Source: Octopus sinensis
Taxonomy: Eukaryota
Direction of reading: 5' to 3'
DNA length: 64,000 nucleotides
Assembly: GCF_006345805.1 (NCBI RefSeq)
Contig: NC_043015.1
Span: 15,438,001 to 15,502,000 of the forward strand
The position numbers were made by a program, and so were the translations under genes. Under the pieces are notes generated by a model. The model was not told where the DNA came from and made no database searches. It saw only the letters and a list, made by a program, of their open reading frames with translations. Positions 1-14,350 of the stretch are shown piece by piece (the first letter of the stretch is position 1; the number at the start of each line of letters is the position of its first letter).

Positions 1-3000
1 ATGTAAATTTTATTATTTATTAATAAAGAGGAAAAAGTATTTTATATAATTAATCCCTTTAATACAGTTTGCCACAAGTATTTAACTATAAAACTGAACA
101 TTTATCACCTAGGGATCTTTCATAGCTACTAGCTAGTTTCTAAATAAATAAATACACTGTTTTTGAGAATACACCATCCATATCCTGCTCCCCACCAAAG
201 AGAATATAATTACAAGCAGTTACTAACATGTTTTGTTCACCAGCCATTATGGTTCCACCAACCTCAATGCTTCAATAACTATTTACAATTTATTTTTATT
301 CTGAAAAATGAATCATAAATAGTTTAAAATTATGTATATTAGACTGCTGTTTGATAAAAGAAGTATTTCATATTTAAATACATTATATATTTATATAAAG
401 TCTAAAAAGTTAAAATAGAAATAATGCATAATAGTATATGGAGTGTACACAATAAATATACTCCACTGACTTGCACATTCGGGTGATTACATTAAATCTC
501 TTTTACTTAAGGATAAACCATGTATTCTTTCAATAAACAACATCTCTAACCTTTCTTGTAAGTATAACATTAACTAAATATATCTGATTCTTATACTTCT
601 GAATGAGAATCTTCTTTCATATTTGAACTTTATAGAACAGAATAAGAAAGCTATCTGCAATCTACTCTTGAAACATCATTTTATTTTTTAAATAGCGTTA
701 TTATTTTTATAGCTATCAGATCATTGTTGATTTTTAGCTTTATCCTACCATGAAAAATGTTACCAGCTTATTGATCACTTCCAGATCACTTAACAGTTAC
801 TCAAAGATCATTGCCGAATGAGATGGAATAACAGTCTGTGAAAATCAATATTTAGCATGATATGCATAGAATATTGGATGCTGATTATAAAATAAAAAGG
901 TTTCAAGACTTGTATGTTAGTGGCAATATCAACACAGCATTAGACCTATGGCTAAAAAATTGTTGGAGTTTTCTAGCTTTTTAGAAAATAAATATTATCA
1001 TTCCAATGTTTCTTATTGAACGAATGTAGTAAGTGATTTGCTACAATTAACTTTAGAGTGCCTTCCTCTTTATGTCAATCTTTCTCTTGTTATTTTTCAT
1101 TTGAAACAGCTGCAAGGAGACTTACAGATGAAATGGCCAAATGATTTATTTTCTTTCTTTGTTAAAACTAGAGTAAAGAAGTGATGATTGTTGAGGTGGT
1201 AAATAGGTTTGGTTTAAAGTGCAAAGCTCATTAGTTTAATCCTGCTAAATGCAATAACCTTCTGAAAAGCATACTGTTGTTCTTCCTTTTTGAGAATCAG
1301 ACAATAATTCTATTTTAATATTCTCTTAAGAGTGAGTGTGTTGGAGAGTTTGTTTTTTTATTTTGTATTGACTGGCTGACATAGTAGATCGTTAAATGCA
1401 TTACAATATTTAATTTTGTCATTTACAGTTCTGACTTTAAATCCTTGAGGATCAATAAAATAAGTGCCAGTGAAGCATCATAGTAAAACTCATTGATCTG
1501 TCCCTCCTTGGTATAAATTAACCTTGTGCCAAACCTAATAAAGCTAAAATTTTATCAAGGATATCTCATCACTACCTACTGATAAAAAAAAATAGTGGTA
1601 AAATACTTCTCTTAAGTAGAAATGAAAACTAATCATCTTTCATGTGAAAAGGAAATATAAAGGAGTGAAAGCAAAAAACATGATAATGGTAGTGAAATAT
1701 TGTTGAGGTAGAACTAATGAATTGATTATAAATATCCATAAAAAATGATGATGATGATGACAATGAGGACAATGAGGAGGAGGTGGAGGAGGAAGCAGTA
1801 GTAAGATAGTGTTAGTGGAAATAATAATGTGCAGAAAATAAAGGAAGAAGGAGAAAAGAAAATAAATATAAAGAATTTTGTAGATGATCAAAAGGTAAAA
1901 AAAATCAGGATTATGATGAAAAATAAGAAAAAATGAGACAGCAAAAAGAAGAAAGCAGACAAAAGTATGGCTAAAGACATGGAATATTTACTGAATAGCT
2001 AAGTGGTTAAGATGCTTGACCACCAACTAGCAGGTTCAAAGTTCAAATCTTGCCATTTGTATTGTCTTGACTCTTTAAGAACACTTTTTTACTCTCAATC
2101 ACTATATACTTGTGGGGTTATGTCAGAGCACCTACTCATCATGTAAGGCGTTTTGATACCACTTTTTCTCCCCTTCTTTTCTAGGAAGGACATCAGTATA
2201 TCTATTTGATACTGCTGCTTTGACTGCTGTTATGACTGCTGCTGTTGTAAGCAATGACAACGATAACACTGATTAAAGATGAAATTATGATAAAATGATA
2301 TAAATTAAATGAAATTAAATTCAGAGACAAGGTCTTTAAGCAGTAATTTTCCCTTTAGTGTTGCAATTACTATTTAAATGTCAACTATGAAAGTAACAAA
2401 AAATTCTTGTGTTTTACTAATCAAATCTACTTCTGAGAATTTGAGGCTGTAACCCACTCATCTTCCTTATTCAAACAGCATCAATAACAACAATAAGGGA
2501 GTTTTCAAATGAGATAAATGCAACATCTAAATGTTAATGACTCGCATATTTCAGAGAAATCCTTTTCCAATGTATCTGCTGAGGTATGTATAGAAGTGTC
2601 ATTAATGTTAAAATACTAGAAATTTACTTTCATCTCCATGAGAAGGAATTTGCATCTTGTAATTATACCAGCGTTGGTCTTTTCTTATTTTGTTTTGTTT
2701 TTAAGTTTTTAGCTTCATATGAAATTGGTATAGAGTTTTTAGTGACAAACTCTTTCATTTCCTTGACCACTAATGCAGTTTTCTTAAAATGGCCTACATT
2801 TGAAAATGTCAGGAATCTCTAATTATATTATTGTCCATAAGAATACAAACAGCTGTTCAAATTTCTTCCAGTGAAACCTCAAAAGTGTCATGATTTTTTT
2901 TCTCTATGAATTGGGACATTTTCAGATTATTACAGAAAAATCAAGCACTCAATTATTTTAAATTTTAATTTTTCATAATGAATTATCATGTGCACAATTG

Positions 3001-4510
3001 AACAGTGAGAATCACAACAACAACATTTATTTTTAAAATGTTTTCATAGATTCAAGCATGAATATGCTAATTGCTGTTGTATATCATCACTACAGAACAA
3101 TTTCTTTCAGATGAATGTATGTTCCTAAAACACACACATTTCAAGAGTGCAAGGGGACTCTGGGAAACTCAATGTTTCGGCATCATTGTGTCTACTCAGT
3201 CGAAGCTGCCTTGGACTAATGAATCTAACAATAGTTTGTAGCTCTTGTTTATAACTTCAGGAAACAAATTATTTGCTGATACACACTAATATCTGTCAAT
3301 TGACAATAAATCATCATATACATTAAGAATCAAAATAATGACATGTGTATCACATTCTTAATATGCACTGGCAAATTGTTACTATGCTGGAAAAAAATAC
3401 TTAGTGGCACTTCTTCCAACTTTATGATTTGAAATCAAATTCTGCTGAGGTCAACCAGTTGAGCACTGGGGTCAAAATAATTGACTTACCCACTCCCTTA
3501 CAACTGCTGGCCTTGTGCCAAAATTTGAAACCAATATATTCTGGTGTAGTTCATGCATCAACATGCTAATCCTTTTGGATGAATGTGTGTTCATAGCACA
3601 CTTGATTCGTTAGTGTAAGGAGATTTTGGGACAACCGGTGTTTCAACATCATTTTGTCTTGTCAGCCACAATTGAATCTGCCAGAACAGATTAAGAGTGA
3701 ATCTACAAGTCATTGTCATAATTTTTCATAAGTTTTACTCAATTAATTTAGTATCAATTCTATATTTGAAGTACAATATTTATTATTACTAGCAAAGTAT
3801 AGTTGAAGTTGAAGAATGAATTTAAACTGAAATTTAGTATAAATTCATTGAAATACATTGATTCTTCTGTTCTTTTACTTGTTTCCATCAGTGAATAGCT
3901 CTCTCTCTCTCTCTCTGTCTGTCTCTCTGTCTGTCTCTCTGTCTCTCTCTCTCTCTCTGACATACACACACACATTTATAGTGACATACATATATGATAT
4001 AGCAGATGTGTGCATGGTGTGTGTGTGTGTGTGTGTGTCTTTTAGAGCCTGTGATCCTTTTCAGGGCCTTCAAGACTGGTTGGAGGGAGAGAAGAAACCT
4101 GTCCTAAAAGCTTGCAACAAAGTAAAGTCTGCAAAAAGGCTCACAAGAACCGAGATATGTTAATTAAATAGGTAACAGATTAAGCCAATCACCTAAGTAC
4201 ATCAGTATCACAAAGCATTTCATCCAATCTTCCTTCAGTGTTCTTCATCATTTGGTTAAATCGAAGTCCTTTGTTCATCATGTAGATGCTTGAAACAATA
4301 ATCATATAGTGTGGAAAACTCTGAGTAGTGACAGAACGAATCAGCAGCTTTTCCAAATACATATATAGAACACTGATGAGGTGATTCAATAACATTATGT
4401 AATTTTCCACAAAAAATTGTGAAATTCTGTCAGTTGATTTGCTGAAACACATGTATGCTTAAAATACCAAATATGTTTTCTGCATTTTATTAATACATGT
4501 CTGTATGTGT

Positions 4511-4571
<61 letters not shown>

Positions 4572-5904
4572 AACCAAAATGGAGACAAATACTGATGTTC
4601 CATGTGACATGCTTGATAATTGTTGAGGTACCTCCCTTAACATGAAACCAATGGTAGCCTTAACCTATATATATATATGTAGTGAACACCTACAGAATAG
4701 CTAGCTAAGCTAATATTCAAAACCAAATCCACATTTTTCAACATTGTTAAACAAATCTTCAACCCATTGTTTTAGCCTTTTTGCACTCAGAAGTTAATGA
4801 GATTGTGTTGACCTCTCAGAACTTCTCCAGTCACAGATGGGTCAGAACAGATATAGTGGAGAAATCGTTTTCTTCACAGCTGACTTACTATAATTAGAAA
4901 CATTATAAAGACACTAGCAAACAGCTATCTTTCTCTTTTGGTAACTCATCTGTCAACCAAGAGCATTTGACTAGATTCAAGTTAAAGAATAATTCATGAA
5001 ATTAAACTTATTGCTCTCTCTAATATTAAAGGCACTATTACTCTTTCCATCTCTCTAGCAGCTCAGGGAAGAAGCTAGCTTCCACTCAGAATGAACCATG
5101 GAACCAAAACACATTTCACTGCAACAAACAAACAACTTGTGTACACAAGCAACTTACCACAGTTGTATAGTTCTTATATATCGTAACGACTAATATTATA
5201 ATCTACTTAACAAGTGACCATTTTAATAATCAATCAAATATTGTTCCTTAATCATTTCTCTACTGCATTACAACATTGAAACTTCATTGTCATTGCATTT
5301 ATGACTTTATATATATATACGCATGTATATATTACACACACACACACACATGCACACATATATTTACACACTCACATATCACACACACATACATATAGAT
5401 AGATAGCTGGCTCACAAGAATACAAAACATACACAGGAGCTTTGGAAAATTCTTTCAAGACTAGGCCTTATTTCCACCGAAATTCTTTTCAATACCCTGT
5501 GTTCCTTTCTATGGAAGAGCATAGGCTCAAAACGTTCAAGACTTTTTCACTTCCCAAGTATTAAACCAATACATCTGTTTGTTGTCAACACCACCTGTTT
5601 TCACCCTTTGTTTTTTTGTGAATTCTCCCCCTATATATATATACCTCCATATGGGCTCCTTTCAGTTTCTTTTTTATCAAATCCATTCACAAGGCTTTGG
5701 TTGACCCAAGGTTATAATAGAAGGCACTTGCCTGAGGTGTCATGCAGTGGGATTGAACATGGAATCATGTGGTTGAGAAGCAAGCTTCTTACCACACAGC
5801 CACATATATTTACACATGCATGCACACAACACTCACACAGATAGACATATGTACATATATATAAACATGTATATATGAATATATTTACACACACACATAT
5901 TATA

Positions 5905-5946
<42 letters not shown>

Positions 5947-6199
5947 GCATATTATATTTAAATATACATACAAAGAGCAACACAGATTATAAGTTTTGCT
6001 TTAAATCCAAAATTCACCTCTGTGTGTATTTGTTTGTGTATGTATATATATGCATGTGTGTATGTATGTATGCATGTGTGTGTATGCATATGCACATGCA
6101 GATAGTGAATTTGTAGAGTTATCAGACTGTCAGATAGACAGGTAGACTGACAGACAAATTGACAATGTTGCAATGTTTAGTGCAGCTTTTAGATCAAAT

Positions 6200-8400
6200 G
6201 AAATACATTTTTACAGTAACATTTGAGGAGATGCAATGGAAACATTAACACCAAATTACAGGGAAGCAACATTTGATGTCAATAAAGAATTTTAGACAAG
6301 AATTTGGGTGTGCCTAATTAATATAATGAAAATACAGAATAGAATAAAATAGTTAAAGCAGAACTAAGCAGTACTGAGAAGCAACAACCAATCTCTTTAA
6401 CTAGAGACAATATCCTGCAGCAGGTAGAAATACTGCCCCATGGAAAAGGGTGTCCATCAGTTTTGGGTGAAATGTTTGAAAAGCTTCCATGGCCAAATCA
6501 GAAATCATCATCTCAATGAATGTGTAATACAAGGAAGTGTATTGGAGGGAGTGGTTGAGAGACAAACAACATTGATTAAGAAAGATCCAATGATGATGAA
6601 TGCAGTAGAAAAGTATTGACCAATAACCTTCCCCAATCTGTTATAGAAGTTACCAACAAGTATTTTTTTCTGAGAACACATTACTACTAAGTGAATAGCA
6701 GGGGTATAAATAACACTCAAAATGCATCAAGTGCCATTTGGTCATTGACAAAATGATAATGAAGAACTGCAGGTGATGACAGATGTGTGTATGGTGCCCT
6801 ATTGTCAACTTGTGGACTCCCTTAGAATGTTTAACATAGTTGAAAATCTCTCAATGTCCTCAGTGCTAGTAGGATATACTGATAAACAAACCCGATGATA
6901 AATATAAAATCACCGGAAAATATAGCTATTAAAAGATTCTTGCTCCCTTTAGCTATTTATCATATATTCTCAATGACATTTAGTGCATGTTTCTGTCAAG
7001 ATAGGCTGTAAACTAAGGAGAAATGCATCTTCTCAAAATCCTCTTGAAGACACCTTCATGAATGGCTAAAAGTTATTTGCAAACTCAAAAAAAGACATCA
7101 GTTCAATAATCAAATCAGTAAATGTGTGTTGCAGTAATACTGGAATGGAGTTTGGTACATCAAAATGAGTGATTTTTGCTATGAACGAAGTAAAACAGCC
7201 CATTTTAATGGAATAATCTTATTGGAAGAATGAATTTTAGAACTTGATGACAATTGATACAAGTATCTAGGTATAGCAGAATTTGATGACATTTGATGAC
7301 ATTTGATGACATAAGAAAATGAAGGGGAAAATGGAAACAAAACTAACATTTGAAAAAAACTAAAGTATGTATTAAAGTCCAAGCTTAATCCCAGTAATTC
7401 AGTAAATGAGTTCAACACATGCATGGTTGCTGTTGTGTGTTGTAGAGCTGGAACAGTGAACTGGACAAAAATGAGATACATACTTTAAAAAGAAAATCAA
7501 ATATAAAAAAAAAAAAAAACTAACTATGCTTATAGTCTTTCATCCAAAGTAAAAACCAATCATTTATACATGTAATGAAAGAATGGCAAAAGAGGACTTA
7601 GCATTTCTGATTATGTGAATGGAGAACAACGGTCAGTAAGCCGCTTCCTTGCAAAGAGTGAAGAACTACTTAAAAATGCTGTAATAGAATTAGGAGTTAA
7701 TTCTGTTGAACTTGGGGAGAAGAAAACATACCAAAGGTGATACAGTTTGAAAGAGAAGAAGTATCAGTAGAAATAGTTATATTTTCTGTTCCATAAAGTC
7801 AGCAAGATTGAGAAAAATTGTGACTTATCATGGCAGTGACTCCAGAGTAAAGATTTAAACAGAGAAACAGAGAGTTTGTTGGTAACTACTTAAGATCAAG
7901 CTCTAAATAATAACTTAATGGGTAAGGATATTTAATACACAACTTCAAAAGTCTCTTGTAATCACCATGTTGAAAATATTAATCATATTTTAGCAGGTTG
8001 AAAAATATTAGTTCAGAAAGGATATAAGTGATATCATGATAAAGTGTGTCTCAATTTATGCAGATCACTTTGTGAAGAAATATGTATACAGCATTCAAGA
8101 CAAATGATACAATAACATGCCAGAAAAAGATTCTAAATGAATTTAGTAAACCAAAGATTCTAGTGGATTTTGACATTCAGGTAGACTTATTAAACACTGT
8201 AGATCAGATATTATTATACATAATATAAAAAAAAAGGAAAAGCTTCATAAATGATGTTACACTTCCTTCAGACAAAAATGTGGGGATAGCCAGCAGTAAA
8301 AGTGAAAGTTGTACTAGTTATCATAGGAATATAAGTTCAATAAAAAAAGCAACCTGGAATGGTTGAACCATAAATCAAGAAGGCAAATCTCCTAAAACAT
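6200..8400 (+). mobile_element. Degenerate R4/Dong-clade non-LTR retrotransposon
   Basis: Interrupted frames resembling R4 RT and C-terminal segments, e.g. QFWVKCLKSFHG (about 6450) and SKLNPSNSVNEFNTCMVAVVCCRAGTVNWTK (about 7380-7470). Many stops and indels. Confidence 0.6.
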
Positions 8401-11400
8401 GCCCTCCTTTAAGCAGCTTATATCCTTAGAAAGGTACATTCTATCTGAAGCATTTTTGCTAAGTTTTGATAGTTTAAAGAGAAAATACCAACAAAAACCA
8501 GTATTTTATATTCATATACAGTGCAATGAACTGATGCTGCTGATGATAAAGACAATGAAGATAACAATGATGAGGAGGAAAATGATGACAATAATGATTT
8601 AAACAAGAATGTAATTTCTTTTGTAGAAATTCTATTTTCTGTTAAAGTGCAATGTCTTTAAAGAAACCTGTGAGTCAGTAAATTTGACCATCATCATCAC
8701 TACCATCATCAGTGTTTTGACCTATGATTGTTGTCATTGTCTAATGAGATATCTTTTATGTAATTGCAAAACCTTCTAAATGTAGAAATTAAATCTCCTT
8801 CAAACATCTCCCTATTATTTCCGCATACAAGAAAACATATAAGCTTGGAAAATACACCAACACAATGATACAACTGCTATAGCATCAACACTGGAGCCTA
8901 CACTTGAGCTGTAGGATTTGAACTTCAAATCATCATCATCATCACCACCACCAGTCAACTACAAGCGCAACCATTACCACTACCACCACCACCATCATCA
9001 CACCTATCACAATCATCATCCAGAGCAGCAGCAGCAGCAACAACATTAATTCAACTCTGTATACAAATTTACAGGAGAGAAAGCTACTTGTGATGGAAAA
9101 GAGAGAAGAAACTTGAGAGTATTAGTGTGAACAAGAAATAATAACAAGTAACGTTGGATATTGATTAAAATGGAACACTGGAAAGGTCAGTGAAATGACT
9201 CATATAAGTAAAAGATGCCATTAGCTCACAAAATATCTAAACACTAGAGTCTAGCCTGATTACTGGTCCACAAATACACCAACAGCTGATTGGTGTGAGA
9301 CACACCCTCTCTTCATCAACATCTCATTCAAGAAATAACAGGTTACATAAAACAAATTACATTTTGTAACCTTTCGTTTGGTAATGTGTAATAGATCAGT
9401 AACAAAAGATAGATTCAATTGGAAAGTTTCAAGCAATGAATGCTGAATGTTTTATTCTGTTAGACGTCTGCTGAAAGTTAGCTGCCAGTTTAGTATCTAA
9501 AAGTAAGTTTACTTCCTCTCAATACATGAGATCTGTAGAATTTCAACGTCTTAATAATATAATACCTGTTTTCCATTATTTTTTTTTATCGGTTTTCTCT
9601 GCTACTGAAATAAATTGAGTAAAATAGCAACAGCTAATTTCTGTATTTTCTACTTGTCTCTATCTAACCCGTAGCATTCATCAATGAATGATTAGCTACG
9701 TTTGTTCAAAAGAGAAAAAAGTGCAGTAGTTGGAAAGTTATAATGCCTTTATCAAGAGTATTTAACTAAGTTAAACGAAATGGCCGCAGACAGGTGAAGA
9801 AGCTGCATTGCAGACTCAGCCCACCAGAACATTACATATAACTTGATAGCATTTAGAATAACATGTTTCTGCAATATCATATTTCTTTTGAGGAAACAAG
9901 CCAAATTACTATGTTATATTTAGTTAATTATAGGCTAACAAACTTAATATAGTGAGCCATAAAGAATTTTTCACCAACTGAAGGAGAAGAATCATTAGCG
10001 TTAATAATAATTCTTACTAAAAAGAGCAAAGGAGAGAAGTGTAAAATTTAAAGTAGCTAAAAATTAGATGGAGAAGTGCAGTGAGGGGGAAGTCTAATCT
10101 TTGATATTTATATAATATTTCATTTCTTGAAGTTCTATTTTGTTTTAGATTTAACTTCAAGAATTTATATCTATAAGCATTAATGTTTATTTCTCATAAA
10201 ACATTTCTTACCATTTCTCAATTAATATTCTCCAAAGTTGGCGCATAAATCCCAAATCATCCTGGAAAAAATCCTGGTTCCAAGGCCCACTTTGGGTAAA
10301 ACAAGGATGATTTAAGAAGAGAAATGCTAAAAGACTGTTAGTTATAATGGAGTTGTAGGCACACTCCTTCTCTTTCTATCATCTCACACTATTTCATTCT
10401 TTTTCTCACACTTTCACAGCACACAATCACACATGTACAGTCTCTCACCCATTTTTCTCAGACGACACAATATAAACATTATTGTATGTTGCAACAATGT
10501 AGTTATTTAAATTCCTAATCTAAAAAATCTATCTTTGAAAAGTTAACATGCTGTTTCTAATACCATCTCACCATTTTTTAAGGGTACTTAGCAGTGGTCC
10601 ACATGGAGCTATGTCACTTGCTCAGTGAGTTAGTCTCATATCCTCTTTTACTCTTTTTTTACTTGATATGCTTGTGTTGTATTCAACAAAAGGTATACCT
10701 CTTGAGTTGTATTATTGAATCATACACATATTACTTACATTCACACAATATTTCTCACTCTTTCTACTTATTCCATTGATTATCATGCAAATGTTGTTCC
10801 AGTAAATCAAATATATGTAAACATGTAAATACGAGCAAAGTAGTATATATATATGTATATGAAAATTCAGATGGATATTCTTTTCTACTCTAGGCACAAG
10901 GCCTGAAATTTTTGGGGAGGAGACCAGTGGATTAGATCAACCCAGTAGACAACTGGTACTTAGTTTATAGACCCTGAAAGGATGAAAGGCAAAGTCGACC
11001 CTTAGTGGAATTTGAACTCAGAGTGTCAAGACAGACAAAATACCACTAAGCATTTTGTCCAGCATGCTAACATTTCTGCCAACTCACCACCTTTCAGATG
11101 GATATTAGTGTGGTTTTTCTCATCTTCACACACAGCCAATCAAATATTGTGCTATAAGTGAAAGATTAATGATTAAAACCAACACTAAACTATCATCAAA
11201 AAGACTTCCAGTAATAATCATCCTACCTTTTAGGGTTGACTACATTATTTAATGCATCCCTTAAGGATTTACTTTATTGATGTGTTCTTTTGTGGTCAAT
11301 AAGATAAATTCCAGAACTGGACGAGGTCAATAATCCAGCCCACTAAAAAACAAACAAACCCAGTTTTGTTTCTTGTAGAAAGAAATCTATATTTATTTAC

Positions 11401-12277
11401 ATTTCTGTATGACATGTTGACATAGAAGTTGGTGTATGCACAAAGATTTGAATGGCTAACCTTTGGGTCACTTATAACACTCAATAAACAGGGCAACTAA
11501 ATGCAAACTAAATAGAATGTAACCCAGACAACCATACTGCACTCCCTTCAACCAAACACAACATGAATGGCTTGTTTCAGCTATATAATTGATTGCTCCA
11601 AAGATATTGGCTTGTTTATGCAGGACATACTACTTCATAACAACAACAACATTAATATGAACAAATGATAAAATAGTTTGCTTGACAAAGGCTGAATTTT
11701 AATTTGATAAGTAGAATTTACTTCAAATAAATTTAATTGATTTATATACAACAAAGATTGGAAAAATGAGGATTAACAATGTAATTAGAGATAAAAAAAA
11801 TAACAGCTTGTATTACTTGGCGGGGTAACAGATTGGTTAAAACTTTAGAATAATGGGTAGGGATAGAACTAATTGTAAATAATGGATCATAATGAAGGTG
11901 GAACTCTTAATCTTTATAATTGGTTTGTAACAGAAAAAAAGTAACAGAGGTTGTTACATTGAGATTAAAATGTTCAAAGCCAAAATAGATGCTTAACATA
12001 ATCTGGTTAAGTAAGAGAGTATGTAACCTGAGTTATATTATTTTTGAAACAACTAGAGAAATATTTGGCTGACCTCTACTTGTATATGAGAGTGTTTCTT
12101 ATCTACTCATATTCTACCATTGGTCTTTCATTAGTATTTTTTATCTTTTGTCTTTTAATTGTTTTTGTCATTAGTATGTGACCATGCTGGGGCACTGCCT
12201 TGAAGAATTTTAATCATATGAATCAATCCCAGTACTTTTTTTAAACCTGGTATTTATTCTATTAATCACTTTTGCTG

Positions 12278-12314
<37 letters not shown>

Positions 12315-12823
12315 CTATGCATATATAGAGGCAAACTGAAAATTAAAAATAATAAAACAACAAAAGCCAAAAGGATGTACACATGGAATATATTAGGTTA
12401 ACGTAATATAAGATGGGAAAAAAATAGCGTGTATAACATTTTGAGCATGGCTCTTCATCAGAAAGGGGAGAGAGGAGAGGTCTGGAGAAGGAAAAAGAAG
12501 TCCAAGAAAATTATATGTAGAACCAAGTATTTAAATAGTGAAAGCACCAAGATAGGGTCAGTGATAGTGTGATTGTGTACAAGCAATATATAATGACAAA
12601 TATGTATTCACTAAAGCAAATACAGATTTGTTCCTCCAGTTATGTATAGATTCACAAGAGGCTGACTGAATATATATCTCTATGTACAACAAGCTTCTTT
12701 CAGCTTCCATCTACTAAGTCCACTCACAAGCCTTTGGACAGCCTGAACTATAGTAGAAGATACTTACTTAAGGTGCCATGCAACAGGATTGCCACACCTG
12801 TAATAATTTAATTACCTTCAATG

Positions 12824-13017
12824 TACAGTTCTATATTTAAGAGATGAGGAATTATGTACATTATTTACATTATTTACATTTGATGCCTATTTGTCCTCAT
12901 CTTGTTTGTTGTTAACACAACGTTTCGGTTGATATACCCTCCAGCCTTCATCAGGTGTCTTGGTGAAATTTTGAACCTGGGTTCTCATTCCTAAGGTATT
13001 TTTTGATGTTGTTGTTG

Positions 13018-13071
<54 letters not shown>

Positions 13072-13102
13072 TTATTGCTATTATTATTATTATTATTATT
13101 GC

Positions 13103-13142
<40 letters not shown>

Positions 13143-13232
13143 GTTACTATTATTATTCAGGTCACTGCCTGGAATCAAACTCAGAATCAAGGGGTTAGTA
13201 GCCCACACTCTGAGCCACTATGCCATATGCCC
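12824..13232 (-). mobile_element. Composite SINE: tRNA-like head + (AAT)n + hammerhead-bearing tail
   Basis: Head 13158-13232 with A box TGGCATAGTGG, arm GGG-CTACTAA-CCC and B box GTTTGATTCC. (AAT)n spacer, then a tail with HHR motif. A second copy lies on the plus strand at 13438-14350. Confidence 0.7.
12914..12959 (-). ncRNA. Minimal type-I hammerhead motif with loopless palindromic helix III
   Basis: GACAC-CTGATGA-A-GGCTG(GAGGGTATAT)CAACC-GAA-ACGT-T-GTGTT. Core intact, helix I 5 bp, one mismatch in helix II, extra A after A9, ACGT helix III possible only intermolecularly, GUU triplet. Confidence 0.55.
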
Positions 13233-13437
13233 ATGGCCAATTATCGAGTGAATTTTAGGGTTTATAAACCTAATATTCTCCTATCCTTCCTTAATACCGG
13301 TTCCCATATGCTATTCATATAGATGTTACTCTATCCTCAAAATAAGGGTAGAGGAACATCGCAAAGCTGTGACATGAGGAGATATTGATAAATCGGGTCT
13401 GAAAAATGGAGACCACCTCCTCCTGTGGGATGAAGTT

Positions 13438-13471
13438 AAAGATTCCAAGTTCGATTCCAGGCAGTGACCTA

Positions 13472-13521
<50 letters not shown>

Positions 13522-14139
13522 TAATAATAATAATAATAATTATAATAAATGCCCTGATGCAGTACCATGCCCTGATGCAGTAAATGCCCTGATGCAGTAC
13601 CAGGCAGTGGCTCTCATGGCTTCTGATCTTAACTGATTGGAAGTGTTATCATGTACATTGTTTTGTCTTGGTATAAAAGATGGGCTACAGCAAATATTCT
13701 GCTCAATACCACAGATTTGCTTGTCAGTTGTTTGACCTTAACCAGTTGAGCATGTCCCTTAGTGGCTGACGATATGTGCATCTCTGATCATGAGCAGAAG
13801 TAGTGGAGGAGCATCATAGCCATGTGTTGAGAGGGATTCTTTGGGGTTTGAATAATTCACCTCTGGAAACATGGGTGGTTCTTTCAACATCCTTAAACAA
13901 CCCTTATTCAAGGACCTTTTGAGCAGGATGGGCTACTCAACCTGAAGAAATTTCTAACTGGGCCCCACCTGCAAGGTCATGTGCCGTTTATCTTGATATG
14001 AGATCACCATGTTGCACACATATGGTTGTGATGCATGTGCCTGGTGTACCCTTATCAGACGGGTAGTCATGATGGGTATATTGGGCTTCATATATTTTAC
14101 CCCAGTGTCACTTTGATGGCATGAACTGCTCTCTCACTC

Positions 14140-14195
<56 letters not shown>

Positions 14196-14350
14196 CAACA
14201 TTGAAAAATACCTTAGGAATGAGAACCCAGGTTCGAAATTTCCCCAAGACACCTAATGAAGGCTGGAGGATATATCAGCCGAAACATTGTGTTAACAACA
14301 AACAAGATGAGGACAAATATGCATTAAATTTAAATAATGTACATAATGTA
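13438..14350 (+). mobile_element. Second copy of the composite HHR-tailed SINE (5'-truncated head, interrupted)
   Basis: B box GTTCGATTCCAGGCAGTGACC, (AAT)n and the same tail. HHR at 14248-14293 is mutated (CTAATGA, GAAACAT). An insertion of about 600 bp splits the (AAT)n. Confidence 0.65.
13546..14139 (+). mobile_element. Unclassified non-coding element of about 600 bp inserted in (AAT)n, with (AAT)n tail
   Basis: Non-repetitive internal sequence flanked by AAT tracts. 5' end has three copies of ATGCCCTGATGCAGTA. No ORF. Confidence 0.5.

Noticed and set aside
13158-13232. tRNA-like sequences (also about 1990-2060, 25015-25090 and all SINE heads)
   Set aside because: Degenerate cloverleafs joined to SINE bodies, not functional tRNA genes.
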